64,000 bases of DNA, taken from contig CBDCUX010000005.1 of NCBI GenBank assembly GCA_965222805.1, positions 444,723 to 508,722 on the forward strand, read 5' to 3'. Position 1 is the stretch's first letter; each line of letters starts with the position of its first letter. Source of the stretch: Candidatus Poribacteria bacterium (GTDB lineage Bacteria > Poribacteria > WGA-4E > PCPOR2b). Below the pieces are notes generated by a model. It was given only the letters and a program-made list of their open reading frames with translations. It made no database searches and had not been told where the DNA came from. The position numbers and the translations under genes are program-made. This document shows, piece after piece, positions 26,548 to 35,356 of the stretch.

Positions 26548-27799
26548 ATGAAAATCACTGATATTGAACTTACTTACCTAGACGTTCCGTTTACACCACA
26601 CACAAATGAACACATGCAGTATTGGCTGCCCCATTGGCACATTGTCCAGATCTGCAAAATTACCCTCGACAACGGCGTGGTCGGCTGGGGCGAAACCATT
26701 CCCAACTACACTTGGGCGCAGGTATCCGATGATATTGAAGAACAGATTGTGGGGCGAGGCTGGCGACCTATTGTGGGAGGACGGTTTGGGCGCCGGCGTC
26801 CAAATCGCACTCTTCGACGCAGTGGGCAAATCGTTGAACACACCCGCCTATCGCCTTCTAGGCACGAAAGTCCGAGAATGGTGCCCGCTCTCTTGGTGGG
26901 CGATGGACATGCCTCCGAAGGATTGGGCACAACAGTGTGTGGATGCGGCGGAGCAGGGCTATATGTCCTCCAAGCTCAAAGCACGGACATGGTACGACCT
27001 ACACGCAGCCATTTCAGCCATCATCAACGATGTCCCCTCGCAGTTCAAACTGGATCTGGACTTCAACGCTACCTTGGCGAATGCAGCCAACGCGGTCGAG
27101 TTTCTCAAAACCCTCGAACGGTATGAACAGGTCGCTATGATTGAAAGCCCGATTCCACAGGGCGATGTCGCCGGGAACAAACAGATTCGGCAACGTATCA
27201 ATCGACCGGTGGCAATGCACTACGGTTCCCCGCCCATCTTGACCACGCTGCACGAAGATATAGCAGATAGCTTCGTTATTTGTGCCGGCGCGCATCATCT
27301 GCTGAAACAGGCAACCGTTTGCGAAGAAGCGAACAAACCCTTCTGGTTGCAACTCGTCGGCACCGGTATCACCACAACATGGGCAGCCCACCTCGGTGCC
27401 GTTTGTGCCCAAGCCAAGTGGCCCGCGATTACCTGTATGAACATTTGGGAGAGCCAACTTATCACAGAACCGATAGAGCTGCGCGGCGGTTTCTACCGTG
27501 TGCCGGAAAAGCCGGGCATCGGCGTAGAGGTCGACGGTGAAGCCATACAGAAATACAAGGTGGACTACTCCTTTGTAGATACACCCCGTCATGTCTATCG
27601 CTATTCCCGCGCAAGCGGAGAAGCCACCTACTACGGTTGTAACAAACAGGACCTCCACACGGTCTATCCGAACGACGCCATGCCAACTTGCGAGGCCGGA
27701 TCCAATCTGGAAGTCGTTTCCGACGACGGAAGTGATGCGTTCAAGGATCTCTATGACGCCGTGCAGGGCGGTAGCACTGTGCGACGGTTAGAGGAATGA
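26548..27799 (+). pseudogene. Enolase-superfamily enzyme (mandelate racemase / muconate lactonizing family) with an apparent frameshift at a G-run
   Basis: The N-terminal capping domain MKITDIELTYLDVPF...GVVGWGET...IEEQIVG is in frame 1. The rest, GEAGDLLWEDGLGAGVQIALFDAVGKSLNTPAYRLLG...LDLDFN...IESP..., is in frame 2. The switch falls near GTGGGGC at 26749-26755. Confidence 0.75.
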
Positions 27800-27812
27800 A
27801 GGAGTCTAAAAT

Positions 27813-28700
27813 ATGGCAAAAGCGGAAAATCGATATGTCAATCCCTACAGAGTCATGCTAGGGGAGTGCACCCGAAAGGAGATCCGGGAAGCGTTGCAGC
27901 GTGGGGAATTAAAAGCCGCCATCATCCCCATCGGCGCGATCGAGCAGCACAATGAACATCTGAGCCTAGATTTAGATATTGTCCTGTCCACGTTCATATC
28001 ACAGCAGGCTGCCTTGCAACTCTACCCCCAAGTCACTGTCGCTCCGCCTTGTCCGGTGGGCTACTCCCCGTACCACATGGCGCGGAAGGGTACGTTGACG
28101 CTGCGTAAGGAGACGTTGCAAGCATATATCTTCGATGTCGCGCAGAGCCTGAAAACTCACGGTATTCGTACGATTCTGGTCGTCAACGGTCATGGCGGTA
28201 ACCACGGATTGCTTCGGGATGTGCTGCCCGCATGGCGGCGAGAATTGGGGATCACGATGGATGAGGAGTCTTATTGGATAGGACTCACGGCTGAGGACAA
28301 AGAAACCATCCTCCAAGGCTACCGGGATCTGAGAGACAGCAAACTGGATACGGTGGCGCGACAAACTGCGTTGAACCATGCTTCAGAGGATGAGACATCT
28401 GTGATGCTAGCAGCGTACCCGCAACGGGTGCGCGCTTTCACAATGGAGGCATACGACGCTGCCAACTTGGACTACGCCCATAATCTCTCCCCCGAAGTCG
28501 AGGCGTATCTCGAACCCTTCTCCAAAGAGGGTTGGCCCCAAGGTGGACCGAACCCTGAAAACCCGCGTGACCGCGCCCGCCAAGAGAACGCTCTACTCGC
28601 CACCGTCGAAAAAGGTGAAGCACTTATCGCCATCCACACCCAATACGTCGCCAACAAGTTGCAGAAAATGATCGACGCAACAGAGAAAGGGCTCCCCTAG
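27813..28700 (+). CDS. Creatininase family amidohydrolase
   Basis: IIPIGAIEQHNEHLSLDLD and ILVVNGHGGN are hallmark creatininase-family motifs. Confidence 0.8.
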   Translation: MAKAENRYVNPYRVMLGECTRKEIREALQRGELKAAIIPIGAIEQHNEHLSLDLDIVLSTFISQQAALQLYPQVTVAPPCPVGYSPYHMARKGTLTLRKETLQAYIFDVAQSLKTHGIRTILVVNGHGGNHGLLRDVLPAWRRELGITMDEESYWIGLTAEDKETILQGYRDLRDSKLDTVARQTALNHASEDETSVMLAAYPQRVRAFTMEAYDAANLDYAHNLSPEVEAYLEPFSKEGWPQGGPNPENPRDRARQENALLATVEKGEALIAIHTQYVANKLQKMIDATEKGLP

Positions 28701-28735
28701 CACCCCTCGCCCGAATAAAAATTGTGAGGCAAACA

Positions 28736-29626
28736 ATGAGATATCGAACGATGGGAAAAACGGGCTGGCAGGTCAGTGAAGTCAGCCTCGGTGGCGCGTA
28801 CCTGATGGGAAATGACCCCCAACGTGCCCAAGAAAGTACGGACGAAGTGTTGAGACATGCACTCGAATTAGGGATCAACTACATCGACACCGCCCCACTT
28901 TACGGCAAGAGCGAGGAACTGTTGGGTGGTGCCCTTGAAGGCGTAGCGGAACACTTCTACGTTGCCACTAAAGTCGGTTATGATCCCCCGAACTTTGACT
29001 ACCGCCGAGACAGTGTCCTTTGGAGCATCGAACGAAGCCTGCAGCGAATGCGCATCCCAAAATTGGCAACAGCACAGATCCATGAGGTCAACATGGCGGG
29101 ATGGGAACGAATCACAGAACCGGGCGGAACACTCGAAGGCTTGAGAGAAGCGCAGAAACGCGGACTCTGCGAAAGAATCGGGATTACGGGCAGAGCCATC
29201 CCGCTATTGGCAAAACTCGCAGAAACTGGAGAATTTGACACGATGCTGGTATACCACGACTACCACCCTTGCTCGCAGAGGGCAGCGAAAGCGGTTATTC
29301 CGTCTGCCGCCGCTCACGATATGGGGGTTGTTGTCGCCACACCGTTAGCGGGACTGTTGTTCGCCGACGAACCCCGACGATCAGAGGCGGTCGCAGCGAT
29401 ATCAGATGAAGCGGAAGGGGAACGCGTCCAGCGCGTTCTCGACCGACTTCAGGACGTACCGGGGACGCTCGCACAGAATGCTTTCCAATACATCCTCGCG
29501 GATCCGAGGGTAACGACCGTTTCCAGCGGCGCAGCCAATATCGCTGAACTAGAGGATGTTGCCCAAGCGTCGGAAATGGGGACCCTGCCGTCGTCCCTGT
29601 GCCAAGAGTTGAATGGGATTACATAA
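28736..29626 (+). CDS. Aldo/keto reductase
   Basis: MRYRTMGKTGWQVSEVSLGG, INYIDTAPLYG and the C-terminal PRVTTVSSGAANIAELED are present. ATG 28736 follows GAGG; the track's longer start is 28724. Confidence 0.85.
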   Translation: MRYRTMGKTGWQVSEVSLGGAYLMGNDPQRAQESTDEVLRHALELGINYIDTAPLYGKSEELLGGALEGVAEHFYVATKVGYDPPNFDYRRDSVLWSIERSLQRMRIPKLATAQIHEVNMAGWERITEPGGTLEGLREAQKRGLCERIGITGRAIPLLAKLAETGEFDTMLVYHDYHPCSQRAAKAVIPSAAAHDMGVVVATPLAGLLFADEPRRSEAVAAISDEAEGERVQRVLDRLQDVPGTLAQNAFQYILADPRVTTVSSGAANIAELEDVAQASEMGTLPSSLCQELNGIT

Positions 29627-29807
29627 TATTCACACCAATAATTTCCACCGAAGTCCAACACTTTTTTGTCCGCCCTACAGTGGAACTGTGCTATAATTTT
29701 GGCAAATTGTTCCTAAAAGAATTGTAAAGACAGATAAAGCAACCTGCTGATACCAAGCAAACATTTTAAATCGATCAATAGATCTATCCCATAAGGAAAC
29801 ATGCTCT

Positions 29808-32800
29808 ATGCCTAAGCGCAATTTCTTCCCCACTTTGGTTGGGACTTGCAAGCAACAGCGGCATCTTATCACATTCATTTGCCTATTAATATTCATCGTA
29901 TGTTCTCAAACTGTATACCCCCAACAGCAGATAGCTATAGACGCCTACGCTATATTAGAACAAAGCTGCCTTATCTGCCATGGACCTGACGGTGCTTATA
30001 AAGAAACACTCCTGATTGACCACAATACACTTATCAATAACGGAACTGTTGTGCCGGGAAATCCTGATGCCTCCGAACTGTATAACCGGCTCATAACCAC
30101 TGATGCAGCCAAACGGATGCCACTCCTACAACCCCAACTGCCCGCTCAGTCGATTAACACAATCCGTAACTGGATATTAGCCGGTGCCCCCGATTGGGCG
30201 ACAGTGGCTACAACCGATGGCGACTTCATCTCTCCCGGTGAAGTGCTCAATACCATTGAAACTCACCTGATGTCACTCGCGCCGTTTGACCGTGCATTTG
30301 CCCGTTACTTCACAATGACACATCTCTATAACGCAGGCGAGACGGCGCAAATACTTCAAGAGTACCGCAAGGGACTGTCCAAATTGGTCAACAGCCTCTC
30401 ATGGAAGGTTACAGTCACCAACCCACACCCCATTGACCCACAAGGGACAATCTTCTACATCGACCTGCGACACTATGAGTGGGATGTCAATGATGCTTGG
30501 GGGCAGATAGAAGCGGCATATCCCTATCATATCTCGTTTGAGGCACCCACACAGACCGCCTTACGGAACCAGCTGGGACGGCTACAGGGGGAGATGAAGA
30601 GTAGTATACCATCGGTTCATATCGACTGGTTTCTTGCAAACGCATCTTTACCCCCACTATACCACGAACTGCTTTTTTTACCATTGACGGTTGGGGAGTT
30701 AGAGACTCGGTTAGAGGTTGATGTAGTCCGTAATCTCAACAATGCACCGGGGATTGATGTTTGGCGGGCGGGTTTCAACAATTCCGGTGTCTCCAATAAC
30801 AACAGAATGGTAGAACGGCATGCCTCTCGATATGGTGCGTATTGGAAAAGCTACGACTTTGCAGGCAGTGTTGGCACACAGAACATCTTCACCCACCCCC
30901 TCAATTTCACCCATGATGGCGGGGAGGTCATCTTCAATCTGCCTAACGGGTTACAAGCCTACTACTTAGTCAATGCAACCGGTTCTCGGTTGGATGCAGC
31001 ACCGATAAACATTGTTTCCAACCCCGCGGCGAGTGACCCGACGGTACGGAATGGACTCTCCTGTTTCGGTTGCCACACAGAGGGAATGAAGACATTTGAG
31101 GACCAAGTCCGTTCAGTGATAGAGAGTAATACCACCCCCGCTTATGACAAGGCACAAGCACTGAGACTGTACGTCGAACAGTCAAAGATGGATGCACTTG
31201 TGAGTGAAGACATGGAGATATACAAAGAGGCACTGGAAGCGACGGGGGGTGCGGTTGATGACATTGAACCAATTTCCCGTTTCCATGAGGTGTTTCAGGG
31301 ACCTGTGGATGCTGCATACGCAGCTGCGGTGGTTGGGTTAGAGACTGAAGTCTTCTTGGAGAAGATTCGAGAGAATATAGGATTACAGAATATAGGCTTG
31401 CTGGTATTAGACAGTGCCAATGGGAGTATGAAACGGGACACATGGACATCAAGTTTTTCTGACATACTTTTTGCGTTGGACTTCCCAAAGTTAGTTGACA
31501 AGCCGCCTGTTGTGCCGGAACCGGACAGGCTACCGGGTACGTTTGTTCATATCCCTGACACAAACCTGCGGGCCGCAATTGCGGAGGAGCTGGGTAAAAG
31601 CCCCAATGCCCCGATTACTGTGGCAGAGATGGAAGGATTGAAAAAACTTGAGCTGCAGAGTAGGGGTATCCAAGATTTGACGGGGCTTCAGTTTGCAACA
31701 AATATGGACAGGTTAGTTCTTGCCCCTTGGGGAGAGGAAGGTAATCAAGTATCTGACCTGTCGCCGATTGCAGAATTAGTCAACCTAAAGGTTTTAGATC
31801 TCTTTGGTAACAATGTTTCCGACCTGTCACCACTTGCAGGATTAATCAATTTAGAATGGCTGACTTTTGAGCGTAACAACGTCTCCGACCTATTGCCCCT
31901 TGCAGGACTGATCAACTTGAGATTTTTAGGATTTTCCAAGGGCAATGTATCCGACCTATCGCCCCTTGCAGGACTAATCAACTTGGAGGGTTTAAAGTTT
32001 CATGATGGCAACGTATCTGACCTATCGCCTCTCGCAGGATTAGTCAACCTGAAAAGGGTTGACTCATGGAACAGTCCTTTATCTGATTTATCACCTCTAG
32101 CAGGATTAACAAAACTGGAGAAGATTGATTTTTGCCACGGAGATATATCAGATCTTACGCCTCTGGCGGGATTAACAGGTTTGAAAGAACTGTATTTTGT
32201 TGCCAACGAGATCTCGGATATATCTCCGCTTGCAGGGTTAGCCGGGTTAACCCGTCTGAATCTTGAAAGCAACAACATACCGGACATCTCCCCGCTTGCG
32301 GGGTTAACCAACTTGAAATGGGTAAATGTCGCTAAAAACAAAATTCCCGACTTTTCGCCTTTGAGCGGGTTACGCGAGAATATAAAACTCGTTTGGCACA
32401 GCAATCCGGGGTTCCCCACAGAAGCACCGAAAATAGAGGGACCGTGGCTATGGGTCGTGTTACCGGGTACAGTAGGTGAAGTCCTAGACAGTACCGATTT
32501 ATTATCAGAAACAAGTGGAGGCACGGTGACAGAAGCGGAGATTGCCACCCATGGGGCAACAGAGGGAGGTTCTGTCGGCAGTAGCGTATGGACCTCCCAC
32601 AGCCTCCCGTCTGCAGGCGGAAATAACATTGAAGATATGCTGAAAAGCGTCATCCGTGATGGAACCATCTACGGCTCTGTATCCCTGTATTCCCCACAGG
32701 AACAGAACACAACGATGTACGTCGGCGGCGATCGCGGGGTAAGAGTCTGGCTCAACGGGACCTTGATTTACGAACGTCTCAAACGCCAGTGGGCAGACAA

Positions 32801-33947
32801 TTACACCGACTTTTTCCCGGTCACGCTTGAGCAGGGAAGAAATGTTCTGTTAGTTGCGGTTCACACCGTGGGTAACGGCTTTTTTGGGTTTGAACCGGGC
32901 ACCGAATATACAGTGTCAATGGGCGTTGGGTACGCTTTTTCCCGGACACCAATCCATACGGGCGATACCTTCACCCTCGATATCCGCGCGGAAAATATCA
33001 CCGACTTGGCGGGGTGGCAATTTGATATCGCCTTCGACCCTACCATCCTTGAAGCCGTCAATGTGAGTGAAGGTGACTTCCTGAAGATAGACGGTGGCTC
33101 GACCTTCTTTCAGGGTGGCAGTATTGATAACGCAGCGGGTAAAATCACGGGACTCAGTGCGGCGAAATTGTCCACCCAAGGTGTGAGCGGCACTGGGGTT
33201 CTGGTTCAAGTGCGGTTCAAGGCGAAATCGAGAGGTGAAACAGAGTTGGCGCTGCAGAAATTCCAGTTCGGCTCCGCCACCGGTGATAGTATCCCTGCAG
33301 GACCGCATGAAGTCCGCATCGTTGTGGAGGAACGACTTGCTACCGGGGACGTGAACCGAGATGGTGTTGTCAGTATTCTGGATCTGATTCTCGTCGCACA
33401 GCAGTTGGGGAAAAGAGTACCTGCAGGCTCGGCAGTGGATGTCAACGGTGACGGTATTGTTAGTATCCTCGACCTTATCCGTGTGGCACAGGGGATTGCC
33501 GGATCACCTGCTGCACCTATGGCTAGAACAGACAGTGTAGATGCTGCGATGATAGAAGCGTGGATAGCGCAGGCACAGCTGGAAGACGATGGCTCGCTTG
33601 CTTTCAAAGAGGGTATTGAGAATCTTCAGAACCTGCTAGCCTCCTTGATTCCTGAAGAGACTGCGTTATTGGCAAATTATCCCAACCCGTTTAACCCGGA
33701 GACATGGATACCGTATCAATTAGCAGAGTCAGCAGAGGTAAAATTGACCATCTATGACATGAGCGGGAAGTTAGTTCGACGTTTAACGGTTGGGCATCAG
33801 GCAGCGGGTATGTATCGGAGTCGAAGCCGTGCGGTGTATTGGGACGGACGGAATCAACTCGGAGAGTCTGTCGCCAGTGGTCTCTATTTTTATACGCTGT
33901 CAGCAGGAGAGTTCACAGCAACGCGACGGATGCTGATACTCAAGTAA
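29808..33947 (+). CDS. Giant secreted multidomain protein: c-type cytochrome motifs, an LRR array, a cohesin-like domain, a dockerin pair and a C-terminal FlgD-Ig/T9SS-like sorting domain
   Basis: - Signal/TM segment LITFICLLIFIVCS.
- CxxCH motifs CLICH and CFGCH.
- About 11 LRRs of 22 aa (NVSDLSPLAGLINLEWL...).
- Cohesin-like FTLDIRAENITDLAGWQFDIAFDPTILEAVNVSEGDFL.
- Dockerin GDVNRDGVVSILDL...VDVNGDGIVSILDL.
- C-terminus LLANYPNPFNPETWIPYQL...VKLTIYDMSGKLVRRL...GLYFYTL. Confidence 0.85.
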   Translation: MPKRNFFPTLVGTCKQQRHLITFICLLIFIVCSQTVYPQQQIAIDAYAILEQSCLICHGPDGAYKETLLIDHNTLINNGTVVPGNPDASELYNRLITTDAAKRMPLLQPQLPAQSINTIRNWILAGAPDWATVATTDGDFISPGEVLNTIETHLMSLAPFDRAFARYFTMTHLYNAGETAQILQEYRKGLSKLVNSLSWKVTVTNPHPIDPQGTIFYIDLRHYEWDVNDAWGQIEAAYPYHISFEAPTQTALRNQLGRLQGEMKSSIPSVHIDWFLANASLPPLYHELLFLPLTVGELETRLEVDVVRNLNNAPGIDVWRAGFNNSGVSNNNRMVERHASRYGAYWKSYDFAGSVGTQNIFTHPLNFTHDGGEVIFNLPNGLQAYYLVNATGSRLDAAPINIVSNPAASDPTVRNGLSCFGCHTEGMKTFEDQVRSVIESNTTPAYDKAQALRLYVEQSKMDALVSEDMEIYKEALEATGGAVDDIEPISRFHEVFQGPVDAAYAAAVVGLETEVFLEKIRENIGLQNIGLLVLDSANGSMKRDTWTSSFSDILFALDFPKLVDKPPVVPEPDRLPGTFVHIPDTNLRAAIAEELGKSPNAPITVAEMEGLKKLELQSRGIQDLTGLQFATNMDRLVLAPWGEEGNQVSDLSPIAELVNLKVLDLFGNNVSDLSPLAGLINLEWLTFERNNVSDLLPLAGLINLRFLGFSKGNVSDLSPLAGLINLEGLKFHDGNVSDLSPLAGLVNLKRVDSWNSPLSDLSPLAGLTKLEKIDFCHGDISDLTPLAGLTGLKELYFVANEISDISPLAGLAGLTRLNLESNNIPDISPLAGLTNLKWVNVAKNKIPDFSPLSGLRENIKLVWHSNPGFPTEAPKIEGPWLWVVLPGTVGEVLDSTDLLSETSGGTVTEAEIATHGATEGGSVGSSVWTSHSLPSAGGNNIEDMLKSVIRDGTIYGSVSLYSPQEQNTTMYVGGDRGVRVWLNGTLIYERLKRQWADNYTDFFPVTLEQGRNVLLVAVHTVGNGFFGFEPGTEYTVSMGVGYAFSRTPIHTGDTFTLDIRAENITDLAGWQFDIAFDPTILEAVNVSEGDFLKIDGGSTFFQGGSIDNAAGKITGLSAAKLSTQGVSGTGVLVQVRFKAKSRGETELALQKFQFGSATGDSIPAGPHEVRIVVEERLATGDVNRDGVVSILDLILVAQQLGKRVPAGSAVDVNGDGIVSILDLIRVAQGIAGSPAAPMARTDSVDAAMIEAWIAQAQLEDDGSLAFKEGIENLQNLLASLIPEETALLANYPNPFNPETWIPYQLAESAEVKLTIYDMSGKLVRRLTVGHQAAGMYRSRSRAVYWDGRNQLGESVASGLYFYTLSAGEFTATRRMLILK
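31745..32370 (+). repeat. 66-nt periodic coding repeat (leucine-rich repeats, internalin-like)
   Basis: The units GTnTCCGACCTnTCnCCnCTTGCAGGAnTnATCAAnTTn recur at the nucleotide level. Confidence 0.8.
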
Positions 33948-34051
33948 AGTTTGCTCTACTTTAGCCGTATTATATTAAACCAATGGTGCTAGTTTGCAGC
34001 TGTTGATAACGTGATGCGTGAAACGTGAAAATCATTGGTTCATCGGTTCAT

Positions 34052-34080
34052 TTAGCCCCAGAGGGGCGACATGTCTATAG
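34052..34080 (+). repeat. Copy of AGCCCCAGRGGGGCGACATGTCTATAG hairpin element
   Basis: TTAGCCCCAGAGGGGCGACATGTCTATAG. Confidence 0.75.
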
Positions 34081-34185
34081 TACACGGATAAACAAATACC
34101 CTTGGGATTTTTTAGGAGTTACACACTTCAGTCCGTAGGGCTATTTAGTTTTCTATTTCTTAACCGATTTCGGAATGACCCGAAT

Positions 34186-34216
34186 CCGTAGGCGGGGCAT
34201 CTTGCCCCGCCGTAGC
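34186..34216. repeat. REP-like GC hairpin related to the RAYT-flanking REPs
   Basis: CCGTAGGCGGGGCATCTTGCCCCGCCGTAGCC has the stem GGCGGGGCA/TGCCCCGCC around a TCT loop. Compare GGGAGGGGCATCCCTGCCCCGAC at 6427. Confidence 0.7.
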
Positions 34217-34349
34217 CACGACCAGGAAATCGAGCTACGGGAGAATTAAATGACTCTACTTCAGTCTGTAGTTGAACGGAACCGATGAAAAATGATACGG
34301 ATAACAAGTGGGGTGGAGGCGTGATTCCGGTTGAAAGCTCACAAGTCCA

Positions 34350-34487
34350 GTGAAACCCAACATTTGACCGGTGACGGATTAAGATGTTGGGTTTTACTCC
34401 CTCTATCTACAAGACGGTGGTATTGAAAGGCAGCACATCTACTGTCATTGATAGGAACTCGGCTTTAACCGTTCAACCCAACCTACG
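34350..34487 (-). repeat. Copy 2 (inverted) of the ~105-nt structured repeat, plus an extra 11-bp-stem hairpin
   Basis: The reverse complement of 34383-34487 aligns with 7119-7224 (CGTAGGTTGGGTTGAACGGTT...AAACCCAACA). AAACCCAACAT..ATGTTGGGTTT forms a further hairpin at 34353-34395. Confidence 0.7.
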
Positions 34488-34519
34488 ATACTGAAGTAAC
34501 GAAAGGAGGGCGGCTCATT

Positions 34520-35239
34520 ATGAGCATCGAAAGAACGGCAAAGAAAGAAGTTCGTGCACAACCGACAGTGCACACCGAGAGTGTTCCACCACTGAAGCAC
34601 GGCGACCGGCTGACGCGGGACGAATTTGAGCGGCGCTATGAGGCGATGCCCCATCTAAAAAAGGCGGAACGGATTGAAGGAGTTGTGTACATGCCCTCAC
34701 CTGTACGAATAGATATTCATGGCAGACCCCACGCTCAAATTATGGCATGGTTAGGAGCGTATTGGATAGCAACACCCGGTGTTGATTTGGCGGATAACAG
34801 CACGGTCTATCTCGATGCCAATAACGACCCCCAACCCGATGCGCTGCTACGGATAGAATCTGCACAGGGAGGACGTTCCCGAATTATTGACACAGGGTAT
34901 GTAAAGGGACCACCGGAATTAATCGTCGAAATCGCTGGCACCAGTGCGGACTACGATTTGCAGGACAAGCTTGAGGTTTACCAGCGGTGTGGCGTGCAGG
35001 AGTACATTGTGTGGCAGACGCAGGAGAAACATCTTGACTGGTTTCAGCTTGTCAATGAGGAGTATGTGGCACTTGCCCCCAATGCGGAGGGAATCATTGA
35101 GAGTCAAATCTTTCCCGGTTTGCGCTTGGCGGTGGCAGCACTATTGGCAGGAGACCGGGAAAAGGTCTCATCGGAACTACAGGCAGGGCTACAAACCGCC
35201 GCTCATGCAGCACTTATCGAACGGCTAGCGAAAACATAA
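34520..35239 (+). CDS. Uma2-family (DUF820) putative endonuclease
   Basis: LTRDEFERRYEAMP...ERIEGVVYMPSP...PDALL...PELIVEIAGTSADYDLQDKLEVYQRCGVQEYIVW is the typical Uma2 pattern. Confidence 0.8.
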   Translation: MSIERTAKKEVRAQPTVHTESVPPLKHGDRLTRDEFERRYEAMPHLKKAERIEGVVYMPSPVRIDIHGRPHAQIMAWLGAYWIATPGVDLADNSTVYLDANNDPQPDALLRIESAQGGRSRIIDTGYVKGPPELIVEIAGTSADYDLQDKLEVYQRCGVQEYIVWQTQEKHLDWFQLVNEEYVALAPNAEGIIESQIFPGLRLAVAALLAGDREKVSSELQAGLQTAAHAALIERLAKT

Positions 35240-35356
35240 TGTCGGCACTCCACTAAATTCAAAGTTTTCTCAGAAAGGTTAGCCGAACCCTTGGAGTTCG
35301 GGCAACTCCGCTCATTCTAACGAATTGGGCAACATTCGAAGTGAAAGGAACACCTT

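Noticed and set aside
34115-34135. TAGGAGTTACACACTTCAGTC resembles the terminal repeat of the IS at 46842 (TAGGAGTTACGCAGTTG).
   Set aside because: The match is 12-14 nt, with no partner repeat that I could pair convincingly. It may be a solo IS-end relic, but that is not demonstrable by eye.
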